DNA of 64,000 nt. It comes from Bigelowiella natans CCMP2755. Its lineage: Eukaryota > Protista > Cercozoa. How positions within the stretch are numbered: position 1 is the stretch's first letter; every line of letters begins with the position of its first letter. The position numbers and the translations under genes are program-made. The DNA lies in contig ADNK01001014.1 of assembly GCA_000320545.1 (NCBI GenBank), forward strand, positions 66,981 to 130,980, given 5' to 3'. Shown here in pieces: positions 1 to 11,895 of the stretch. The notes under the pieces are model-generated. The model saw only the letters and a list, made by a program, of their open reading frames with translations. It was not told where the DNA came from and did not search any database.

Positions 1-246
1 CTACTACATGTACTGGCACCACTGGCAGAAGTTGATTGACGGTACGAACGAGAGAGAGTGAACTTGCGACTAGGGTGGAGTTGGTATACTGATTTGGCGA
101 CCGGGGAAGAAGTTTTGATATTGTTACTCCTAAATGGTATCGGTGCTTCGAATGACGAAGATGGCGGTGACGACGAGTTGATCAATTTCTTGCCTGCACT
201 CTTCCTATAGTTTACGAACACATATAGGTCAGATATAGTTCTAAGA

Positions 247-284
<38 letters not shown>

Positions 285-299
285 ATTGTATGTGTGCTT

Positions 300-340
<41 letters not shown>

Positions 341-1810
341 GAAGGGGGGGAGGCGAGGAAAAGAGAAACAGTATGTGTTGGCTTTTCGTGCATGTACCCT
401 GTCGTCCCAAAGCTGTCTAATTTGTCGGATCTGCTGACTCTTAATTTGACTCTAGCTGGGGCATGCTCCTTCGTGTCCTTCGCCTCCTTCGCCATGGTCA
501 TTAGATGATTTTCGACGCCTCTTCTATCACCTTTTCCTCCATCTCTTTCGATCGACGTAAATACTTTCTGGTTCCCTGTCAATACGACCTGGAATGCGGA
601 TTCTTTCGCTGGAGAACGATGATAATGATCGCTTCTGCCATTGCCTGCTTTTCGTTTATGTTGCTGTTCTTTTTGCAAGTCGTCATCTTCACTTCTGTTC
701 CCGTCAACAGCTTTGCTGTTGTTAGTGCTACCAGTATTGCTGGTTTGTATAGCAGCGCTGGAGGAGCTGTTGCAAGCACTATGAAGAGAGCTGTTCTGAA
801 TAGTAGAAGGCACCTCCTTGTTGATATTTTTAATTTCTCTTACCGGTATTCCTATGCTATTTCTCATCATCATCTTGTCGTCATCGGGCTCTACGAGAGC
901 GTTAGCATTGATGGGAGGTGCTTCTCCAATCTCTAATGATTGGTAGTTTTGCTGGTACCCTGTGTATTGTTCTTGTTGTTGTCGTCGTCTAAATGTCGTT
1001 GCTATAGCGGGCGTGGGAGGTGGGGCATTTCTCCCAGGCCCTATACGTGACACGGGCCGGGAAATGACGTCTTCGAAATTTAGTACACCGTCGTTCCATT
1101 CTGCTAAATCATGTAAATTTTCAATAAGAAGTGGACTTTCACTTCGGTCTCGTTTTTGGTGTAAGTCGAGCGAAGAACTGGAAGAGAGAGATGAAGCTGA
1201 CTGCGACTTGCACATCTTTGCCCTTTTCCCGCTCGTCATACGTCTGAAATAGTAAGGAGGGGAAGAGGAGTATTGGAGGAAAGAAATAATTAAGATAGAA
1301 GCATGTAGCTTTGTAAGCGATAGAAATGTAGCTTTCTTCCAAAAAATAAAAAGTCATATGGATAGGTATTTCGATAGCGCTGTTTTGACATTACTTTGTG
1401 AGTTGTTGTGCTTTCTTCTGCGTGAAGGGCTGCTGATTTTTCTCCGAGGATCCCTTGACTCCAGTGCTTACTGACGCTGATCCCAACACTCCTTTAACTT
1501 TGCCATCATTGTCCGCCGGGCAGCTATTATAATCCTCCAAGCGAACTGTGTAGTTCTTGTGTTGCAGGCTTAAAACTTCCCTGAAGGGAAAGTGAAAACT
1601 TATTGAACAACGAAAGGTGTCGCACAGGGTAGTAGGCTTCACATCAAATATTAATATTATAAGAAGAATTATTTGTTTTTACCCCCAGGGAGTAAGGGCT
1701 ACAGGTCGTTCGTTAACTTGAGCAGTAGGGGCTACTTTTGGTCCTTCGTTCGCCTTTTTCTCAGTCACTCCCAAGGCACTACCGTGAAAGTAATAAAGGG
1801 CTATCAACGG

Positions 1811-1849
<39 letters not shown>

Positions 1850-2561
1850 TTATTTTCTATATAATTCAGTGTCTCAATCAGTGAGTAAGCTGCAGAATAG
1901 GGTCACAGTAGCCGAAAATATGGCCAAATTGCGATGGCATGGAAAAATCTCGTGGTTTGTCCTTCTATCCTCATGAAACGAAACACCGAACGTTTTCTTT
2001 TTCAAAATTCCTACCTGTTAGCCTTATCTTTAGGTCCGCATTGGTCTTCTGAATAGTAGAGTCGAATAATGAAAATACGTTTTTAAACTTTGAAACATAT
2101 CTGGTGCGTGGAGATGCAACATATGTGGAGTGTTGTGCGGCACCGTGTCCTGAATCGATGAGGCTGAATATCTTCAGGCATGCAGCAGCTTTCGATAACC
2201 GCCGTGGTATGACACTCTTTACAAACCCTTTCTTCTTCAGAGGGCGACTATAGCTGCTCCGAAGAACGTTCATTTGTTTCTCTTCTTCAAGTCTGGGCAC
2301 AAAAATGTTTAGATCAAAGTGTATACAGCATGGCAATGCATGTTTCTACTTTTTGAGTTCGACATCCAGCTGATCCAGAAGCTTCTTTGCCTTATCCTCT
2401 ATCGAATCAAACTCTAACGTTCGCTTCCATTTTCTGCGATCTGAAGCAAACGGCAATGTCTCACCCCGTGCTCATCTTTCCGATTGAGAAAAAAACCCAC
2501 CGAATGATGCATGATATCTATCGCTCTGTTCCTCCACCAGAGGCCTTCGAACATTATCCAT
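1..2561 (-). CDS. Multi-exon hypothetical low-complexity protein, 3' end runs off the window
   Basis: ORFs 1971-2336, 1391-1642 and 301-1239 look like exons of one gene. In-frame GT-AG joins were checked at ...ELKK|LEEEKQ, ...QQLTK|RMTSGK and ...GTTG|KSAGKK, and the frame stays open to position 1; the 1580-2100 link was not resolved. No recognisable domain. Start uncertain (ATG 2561). Confidence 0.5.
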
Positions 2562-3097
2562 ACTCCAAGTCCTTGGGGCGTGCTCAGGGCGTGCTCAAGC
2601 AGGCCGCCCCCCCCCGTTGCTCTCTAGTCCGATCGAGAATGAGCGAGTGATGCTTGCACTCAGTTCGGTTTAGTGTCGAGCGTTTTCGAAAGCGCAACGT
2701 CACTTAATCGTCCGGTTGATGAACCTCCTGGAAAAGGCTCCTGCGACAAGGAAAACCAATAAAATAGTTTTTTTTTTAATTCGAAAATCCAACAATGAGG
2801 CCTGGGATTTGCAGAGAACGTCCTCGTTTTTAGTTTGTTTCCAGATGAAACCCTAGGAAACCCCCAAGATTGGGATGCTAAAGTTGAGGCCATGGAATGC
2901 AGAAATTCGAGCGAGAAACATCTGAAGTTTGATATAAATGAATAGAGGTCATTTAGTCATTTATTTATCCCAGAAATATCGCATATCGTTTATATTTGCA
3001 CGACCCCTAGATTTGAAGTTGACGATGGCTCCCAGCCGATGATGATGATGATGATGATGATGATGGTGATGGTGATGGGAAAGGCCAGGAGAATTAC

Positions 3098-3650
3098 ATG
3101 ATTCATGCTCCTTGGAACTGGCGTCCGTCAGCCCTTAATGTATTTTCACAACAGAGCATAATACTAGCAGAAGGAGAACTAGGGACTCAAAATTACTACC
3201 CACAATACCCTACCAGGTGCTGGCGGTGCTGCTCGTGGGGCTGCACATGCGCTCTGGGGTGACGCACCATGGCAGAGCAGGCAAGAGGATGGGGAGAGGC
3301 TTGACTTTTCCACTAAATAGGCTACACGGTGAGTACCCGTAGGGGCAAAATTTTTACCAATGTTTTGCCGTCGAAGTAAAGCTGAGCTCTGTTCACGATT
3401 CAACGTCCAGGTGGTTGTGGCGGTGGCGGCGACGGTGACGGTGACGGGGGAGGTAGCAACAATATTGGGCCATATCGGAGCGGTCTTGGTCCTCTTGCTC
3501 CGTACGATGTCTTTGATCCAGCGGAGGAGCGTCTCCAAAGGAGCGAGAACAAGCGCATGTCCAGACGTATCAGATCAGCAAAGTAGTAGTCGTCGGTGAT
3601 AATATAGGAAACAATGGATGCGATATATGATTGAATGGATGACGTCATTT

Positions 3651-3696
<46 letters not shown>

Positions 3697-4029
3697 AGTT
3701 GTATATGAGCACCTGCTTCAATTTACAACTCGCTACATCCTCTTTAATTTATATATATCTTGTTGTGTAGGCAAGGGCGTTTTGTGAAAGACCTTCACAG
3801 GTAGACAACTCTCACTACGATGTCATTATCATGATTATCATCGATATCGTTCTTTCCATCATATTCAGCTGGTATGCGGCGAATTTCTCCACTACTGCTG
3901 ACCCTTCAAGCAGATTAGAAAAGCATTACGATCGATGGGAGGCCATAGCGCAAGTCAGTAGCACAAAGAAGGGGATAATATCCGAAATAATGATAATAGT
4001 AACAATAAAAATAATGATGATAAATATAA

Positions 4030-4063
<34 letters not shown>

Positions 4064-4845
4064 TTCTAATGAGCTCAACGGCACGACCTCTATTTCTCCT
4101 ACCCTCCCTACCCTCCCCCCCATCCCCCCCTCTCTCACCATGTAAATATTCAAATATAAAATATATGTAGAAAGTGGGTGAAATTTGTGAATCTGGTTGG
4201 TGAATTAAAGGATGTCAGCAGCGATGTGAAGACCTTTGGCAGCTCCGATAGACCGGCAGACTACCTCGATGATGACGAAGATGAGGAGGAGGACAATAAT
4301 GCGACATATTTGCAAGAAAGAGAAGGAGAAGACAAAGAGCAACAGAACCAACCACAACCTCCAGCACGAGAAGATGCGGAACGAAGTAACAAGGATAGAA
4401 GGAAATGGGAGGCGGCAAACGATGACAACACAGTCCAACAACACCAGCCAAAAGCGGTACACCTAGTATGCGAGTACATAGAGCACTGCAAACGCACACA
4501 CTGGCGAAAGGATTGGACGACAGTTAGAAAGAAAGTATCTTTCCTTATCGGTTGACGATAGGCTATTATAATTAGGAGGGGAGCGAGTACAACGACGGCA
4601 ACGACAGAAAGAATAGTCAGCGTCAGTCTATTGCGGAAGAAGCCTCGAAGCGGTTACGACGTGAGAAGCTAGGAATCCGTCAAACGCGAAACCAACGAAA
4701 GCTTGGCCATGGTAAAGATGAAATCGACGACGATAAAAGCGTTTATGAAGATTTGGATGAAGGTTTGTAATTGTAGGAACAGCGATGACTAGATCTAGCG
4801 ATTTCATCAACTAATTCTCAGTTTAGCTGCTGAGAAGATTCTCCC

Positions 4846-4887
<42 letters not shown>

Positions 4888-5516
4888 CATGTGATATGCG
4901 CTCTCACTCAGACACGAACGCATCTCATATACTGTTTACAACAATGCGCGTGTAAATGCATTAAGATGCACTGAGCATGATTTGCTTCCTTGTTTGCGCC
5001 TCCTTGCAATCCTCATCTCCGAAAAGGGCTACGTTCAAAGGACGATGATCTGTCGGGAGGAATGAAAGCACGTTAGGACAATCATCGCAATGACCATCAT
5101 GATACTCCCAATTGTTTATTATTTCCTGGTGTTTCTTATTCTCCCCCCCCCCTCCTCTTCCTCCTCCTGTACCAACAACGTTGTAACTCAGCTTTCCACG
5201 ATCCTGGATTCGAGAAATGGCTGCAAGATCATCCGAAACGCTACGAATTCGCAGGTGGTATATCCCCAATGGCTACCCCCAATGGCTCTGTTCCTACCTG
5301 CCCTCTTTTTGGAATAAAAATCAACCGCGCGTTGGTATGCACTTCACCCACTTTCTGACTTTCTCTGTTATTTTCAAAAAAGCCACCATCGCAAGAGACA
5401 TTCTCAATCAGACTGAAGGGATTCCTCCCATGGAGGAAATTGCAGAAAAGCTGCGGAAAAGCGAAGCAAGAGATGCACATACTCGAGAAGGTCACCTTTG
5501 TGATGAACAGGAATAG
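3098..5516 (+). CDS. Multi-exon hypothetical protein with N-terminal signal-like leader
   Basis: In-frame spliced exons: MIHAPWNWRPSALN|VLAVLLVGLHMRSG...NRLH|GGCGGG...RIRSAK|QGRFVKDLH|SWYAANF...|WVKFVNLVG...; acidic/basic stretches. Structure after ~4770 is unresolved (possible stop at 4769). Confidence 0.5.
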
Positions 5517-5583
5517 CGAACGCTGTCACGCACACATATTCTACTAATTCACGCAATTTATTCATGTGTTTGCATGTATCTTT

Positions 5584-5648
<65 letters not shown>

Positions 5649-5694
5649 ATTTGTGTGTTTGTGTTCTACACATTAACATATATTTATATGTATA

Positions 5695-5731
<37 letters not shown>

Positions 5732-5733
<2 letters not shown>

Positions 5734-5827
5734 CATGAGACGGACGTAATGAAATGTTTAAATTTTTTCAATGGTCATCCTAATGTAGCTGTGCAATGCA
5801 GCGGCTACAGCGCTTAAATTGTGTCTG

Positions 5828-5871
<44 letters not shown>

Positions 5872-5955
5872 GAGCGCTGTAGCCGCAGCTTTGTTCAGCT
5901 ACATTAGGATGACCGTTGGAATGATTTAATCACTTCATTACATCCTTCTCATATA
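5732..5955. mobile_element. MITE-like element: ~80-bp imperfect terminal inverted repeats around a (TA)n core
   Basis: Left arm 5735-5814 (atgagacggacgtaatgaaatg...ggtcatcctaatgtagctg...gcggctacagcgct) is the near reverse complement of right arm 5873-5952. The same arm recurs at 45932-46470. Confidence 0.65.
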
Positions 5956-6577
5956 ATCTTTCCAAGTTTATTCTATTCTATCGTTCAGCAAGGGAGACTT
6001 TGAAGCATCGCGTGCATGCAGGTAAGCGGGCTCACATACAAAGCTGGAAGCAATGATAGATGGTCGCACATAATGTGCATGTATGCATGTATACATGCTA
6101 GCATGCCAATAAATCCTGGACTATATAAAGCAGACGACACGTGTTATCCCTGTACGCTTTTTTCCATGATCTAGCTGGTCTATATAGTGGTCATCAGCAG
6201 CGTGCATGTGTATATGTTGTCAAACGTGTTGCACATGTATGCAGCAGCGTAGCCAGCGCATGCCACGTAATCTAGTACGTAATGCAGCACGCTAGATAGG
6301 GCTGTTTTTTTCGATTGCATCGCTCATTGTGAACAACTACGAAAGTGTAATGAGCTCGTTGTTGCTACGCTAGTATGACGGCACTGCGCTGTAAGCCAGT
6401 AAGCCATTGCTGTAGTGCTAGATTGGGCTGAGCCCCATGCGAAATGCATGCTGTGTGTTGATGTGCACACATGTGGTCGATCGCGACTGCGGAGCGCGAT
6501 GTGCATGCTGCAGCTCATCGACACGCATAAATGTCTAGAAAAAGATGTCAAAGCTTGTACGTATGCTGTTTATATAC

Positions 6578-6608
<31 letters not shown>

Positions 6609-6938
6609 ATTTAAAAAATACACGTAAAAAACCCCCATGTTCTCAATACTCCGTGTCCATTCTAATAGGGTATGTCTTGAATTGATGTGTACGTGTATAT
6701 GCGATAATATACTTAAGTTGAATCCTTAAAGAGAAAAAACTCGAATATAAACAAAAATTATGTAGCATAAAAATACTTTTTTGATCTTAAGATTCAGGGT
6801 TCAACATTTATCATCTATCACAGAAAATCTCTGCGTCCAATCAGTTTGTATGAGGCTTTTGATAATGTTTAGATAAGCAACATAGAGTCAACATGGCGTG
6901 CCGCCAATAACTAGCAACAGCAGTTTTAGCTCAGCAGC

Positions 6939-7714
6939 TTAGACAAACAGATTGACGTATGCTTCAGGGTAAAGCGTTTCTACACTGTTGTTTGTCGACT
7001 TCACTCCGACCAATCTGTGTTCTTTTGGCTGGAGAGCAGGTTCGCGCTTGAGGGACACAGTTTCTGGAAGAAGAGGAAAAGTCAGGAATGATGATGATGA
7101 TGATCATGATGATGATGATGAGATGTGCTGGAGATTTTCTCTTTCGAGTAGAAATTAGAAAGCGAAGACAAAGATATACATAACGGCATAGAGAAAAACA
7201 TATACAGTATTCATCTTACTTCCTGCTTTCTTCGCGAGCTTGGCAATAGTGTCGTTCTTGGCAACACGGTCAAGGAACTCCTTACGGCAGGTAGAATGCT
7301 TAACGTGCTCGATGCGCACGTGGATGCGCTTCTTCATGATTCTTCCACCAACAACCTTGTTGACCTGTAGTTGTGCAACGTGTCAGAACAATGATTTTAG
7401 CAAGTCTAATAGAAAAGGTTCCCCTGTTCATCTCTTGAGTAACTCACAATCGACCGAAACTATTTCTTCTCCTCTGTTTTTCCAATTACCTCTACACCGA
7501 CAGCCCTCTTTGTGACGTTCCAGATGACACCTGTCTTTCCGTGGTAGAATTTGTGTGGCATACCCTTCTGGATAGCACCATCAGCCTTGATGTCGACAAG
7601 ATCTCCAAGTTTATAGGTCTTGAGGTATCTCTGGGTAGCGATTGTACCATTCTGACGGAATCCCTTGCAGAAAAGGTCCCTCGTGCGTGCACGGTAACCG
7701 TAAGAGTGAGGCAT
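6939..7714 (-). CDS. RPL21: 60S ribosomal protein L21 (eL21), 3 coding exons
   Basis: [23 protein letters not shown]...[26 protein letters not shown]|[27 protein letters not shown]...; last exon ends ...EAYVNLFV* at 6939. Confidence 0.97.
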
Positions 7715-7784
7715 CTCTTTTTATTTATAATCCCTGTGAACAAATACATTGTGAGAACCAGATTGGAGGGATGCAATGGGGAAA

Positions 7785-7845
7785 GGGGGGGCGCCATTGC
7801 CAGCGAGGCCGCAAACCTTCGTCGGAGTTATAACTAATTCGCCGA
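7785..7845 (-). promoter_or_regulatory. Ribosomal-protein-gene 5' motif upstream of RPL21 (TCGGCGAATT-N6-AACTCCGA, then 5'UTR intron donor)
   Basis: Same 10-mer and 8-mer in the same order upstream of RPL30 (32806-32851). Confidence 0.65.
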
Positions 7846-8376
7846 ATGTCAAAGTTTGTAACAAAATACATTCAAATTCTCTTCTGCGACACGATAAGTT
7901 TCTGAATCCATTTTGCAGCCGTATCTGTTGTCGTATCGATGAAAGATCCTATCATGTTGGTATTGAAGGCAATTTAAGAAGAGATTACATTTCTGTCGGA
8001 GACTTCAATTATGCGACAATGACTTCGACATTATTTAGATACGGAAAAGTCTCGAGGGCACTCCTGAGCTCAATTCAGCTCAATTTCCAGGTTGCCTTTG
8101 GAAATATTCAGAGTGTCATATGGGCTCCCATAAGGATTGGAGGTGAGAGATAATGCCTATTTGATAATAGCGACAATAAAATAATTAATTATGAAGTAAT
8201 TTATACCTGCTGTTCCTGATATCTCACATGGTTGCACTCTTAATCACTGATAACCCCAATATCCAGATTTGCCACGATCGCCCTCGCCCTGCACGAACCT
8301 CCGTAGAAGCACTGGGAAGCGATAGCAAAATAACGGGTTCATAGTTGAGTTTGGCGATCCGTAGAAGGAAGAACCA

Positions 8377-9364
8377 ATGCAGTCGGAGTACAAAGTTGCC
8401 CCAGTGATGGAATTGTCCAACGAGGGGACGAAAAGTGGCGATGGCAAGGAAGAAGTAACACAGCATAACCAACTTGGCCTCCTTAATGGGGTCGTTGTTC
8501 CTTGCAGGTGAGCAAATAAAACTAAATCTAAAACGAAATTGAGCGAAATACGGATTTAATGAGCGCAAGCTACTCAAAATCAAGAGCTATAATGGGTTAC
8601 TTGTGTTAGTCTCAATATCCTCGGAGTCGTCTTGTTTCTTTGGCTGCCATGGGCTATTGGGATGGCTGGGGGTGGTCAGCTGTTAGGAATGTTCGTGCTG
8701 GGAGAGGCTCAGGTTTGATTCCGTTGCTGTCGCATAATTATCACATAGATTACGCTCAACTTTGTATCTTATCTACCTTAACAGACAGTTCTAACCGTGC
8801 TCTCCTTGAGCGCTATTGTTTCCAACGGAACGATGAAAGGGTATGACGAATTCACAATGCTAGTTATTTAGAGAAGCAAAATCTCGTTGCAGGTGGGAGC
8901 TGATGCAGAACGATGGTCCTGTTTGCCAGGGGCGGGTCATACTTCATGATCAGCCGGTCTCTAGGCCCAGAACTCGGTGGAGCGATGGGATTCTTATTTT
9001 ATATCAGCTACGCCGTGAGTGCGACCTTTTATGCCGCTGGTTTTGGAAAGGTGGTGTTAACACACTAGAATCATAGAGACCACTCAAATTCTTCGGATAA
9101 GGCGATGATGACACCCGTCAGTTTTGGAGAAGAAGAAGATGATGATGATGATGGTGGTGATGGTGATGATGATAGTTAACCAGCCTACCTTTAAAAGTAA
9201 TTCCTTCGTTCCATTCTAGCAGAACTGGGAATGATGGTAATTCTTTTGTATTGTGTTTCCATTACAGGAAGTGCAGCAAACCTTTTTCGCAGACATGGAA
9301 CATGCCTGGGGCGGATTCTTCCTCACCTTTTGTTCATCGTGCGCTCTGCTTCTCGTCCTGGTTG

Positions 9365-9405
<41 letters not shown>

Positions 9406-11334
9406 TCCCTTCCTCCCTCCCTCCCTCTCTTCCCTCTAATAACTCTCTAGACGCATGCATGCACAAGACACACAGAAACAGAGGACAGAAACAGCATCTG
9501 CTCTATTCCACTTCCAGATCGTGGCGCTGATCGGGGCCAATCTCTTCACCAAGATCAACGTCATCCTGTAAGTATAGTAGCAAGAGATGATGCTCCTTTC
9601 CACACCAAATTTTCATAATGGCTCAGCATGACTCCGAGACAACTCACTCTCTGTGTTTCTTGAAGATTCATGATGCAGTTCGGAGCTATTTTCGTGGCGC
9701 TTTTCACAATATTCTTCGGGTCTCCAAAGAACTCTGAGAATGGCTGGCAGTCCTCACTTCTGAGAGAGAATTGGAGTCCTGGGTATGTTGCTCTGTAGTA
9801 GCTTTCGTATCTAGTCTGTCTGTTTTCCACTGGGATTTGAAATACCGTATAATTATTTTGTTTTAAAAATGCGTATCAAAATGGAAAGAACTACACCTTC
9901 GATTTCCCTCCTCCTCATCATCATCATCTTCCTCTTCTTCGTCTGGTTGTCGTACCCACCCTATCTACTTGGCTGCTCAGATACAAGCGTAATGATGCAT
10001 GCCAAGGGGAGTGCTCATTCCAAAAGGTGTTCGCTATCATCTTCCCAGCAGTGACGGGGGTCATGGAAGGCGCAAACCTCTCCGGTAGATTACAACTTGC
10101 AACCCGGATTAGTTAACAACAGTAAAAGTAGCAGTAGTACTGGTGGTAGGAAGCAGAATTCAAGAAGAGCAACCACTCTTCCCCATCGCTTTATCTTACC
10201 GCATTCAACACCATTCTTGTCGTCACCGCAACTTTATTGATCGTGATGCAGGCGATTTGAAGAATCCGGGCAAAGACATTGGACGGGGGACGCTCATGGC
10301 CGTGGTTGGCGCGTTCCTGGTGATGACAGGATCGTCACTCTTTGTTACGCTGATCTACTGTGGATGTGTTGCATGTTGTCTTATATCATTATCTGTATTC
10401 TTATATTATTATGTGTGTTAGATTTACATCGTCCTGATCATTGCCTTTGCGGGTGCGTTCCAACGCGAAGAGCTCATCACGAATGAGGCGATATTTCAAG
10501 AGGTGCTAACAACTACTGCTACATTTGCCCCGTTACCCCCCCTCTTCCCTCTCTCTCTTTCTCTCTCTCTCTTTCTCTCTTTCTCTCTTTCTCTCTTTCT
10601 CTCTCGTCTGATAATATTACACCCGCTCCCTTTGTCGCGATATGGTATTTTTAACATTTACTTTATCAGGCTTGCGTCAACGAGTATGTCGTCGTCGTAG
10701 GGATCTTAGTCTCCACATCTTCCTCCGCTCTCGGCGCTATTTTTGGTGCGAACACTCCTATTTTATTATCTTCCCTTCCCCCCCTTTTCCTTCCCCTCTT
10801 GGCACAATTAGCCACCACAAATGTATCATGTCGTGAGCATCACTTGCTGGTTGGCTTTTAGGTGGTTCACGGGTCTTGCAAGCGCTTGCAAGAGACGAGA
10901 TATTTCCCCGGACAAAGTAATAGCAAACTTAGCAAAGACACGACGACTACAGTGCACAACACCGCCACACTCCTTTCAGCCCTGCCTTCTTCTCCTTCCC
11001 CCTACCCAACCTTCTTCGTCATATATGCATCACAGATGGCTCGGTAGAGGAACTGTGAAGGGTGACGAGCCATGGGTAGCTGTCCTGGTCACGTGGGGTA
11101 TCTCCCAAGCGTGCATGTTTATCGGTGGCCTGGACGTCATCGCGCCTATCATTTCGACGTTCTTTTGCTTGTCGTACGCTTGCTGCAACCTTGCGTGTTT
11201 GCTCGTCTCCATCTCGGGAACGCCCAACTTCAGGCCACGATTCAAGTACCCCGCCACACGCTATTCTCAACAGCATGTGCAGCAGATACAGCATCATCGC
11301 CAGCATTGCCACTCGCTTCCATAATCGTCGTCGC

Positions 11335-11365
<31 letters not shown>

Positions 11366-11859
11366 GTGGTAATCGAGAATATCTCCATCAGGTACTTCAG
11401 CTGGCACACGTGCTTATTTGGGTTGATTCTGAACATCTTCGTGATGTTCTTCCTGAACGTCTACTACGCGACCGCCTCACTAGTGATCATGCTTGGAATC
11501 TTCGTCTACTTACTGTACACCGCTCCGCAAACGACGTGGGGAGATGTCCGCCAGGCGTTGATCTATCACCAGGCACGGATAACTAACTGACGGCTTTATC
11601 GTCTTTTTTTGTTTTTTTAATCATCTTTGTAGGTATTACTGTAGTTGCTATCAACATCGCGTCGTCGTTCATATTGACCTATCATATATATAGTATTGTT
11701 TGTATACTGCTGTCACCATGAGACTGTCGTCGTCGTCGGCATCGTCGCCTTCGTCATTATTCTGTTTGAAATCAACCAAATCAGGTGCGAAAGTATTTGC
11801 TAAGGCTTGATACACGACTACAGCACGGGAAAACATGGAGGCCATCTGTGCTGCTCCTG

Positions 11860-11895
<36 letters not shown>

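Noticed and set aside
2848-2856. AAACCCTAG telo-box-like motif
   Set aside because: Single short match, not at the ribosomal protein genes; expected by chance.
4965-5070. In-frame TGA codons in a putative exon (alternative genetic code?)
   Set aside because: All conserved genes translate with the standard code and use TAA, TAG and TGA as stops; more likely unresolved splicing.
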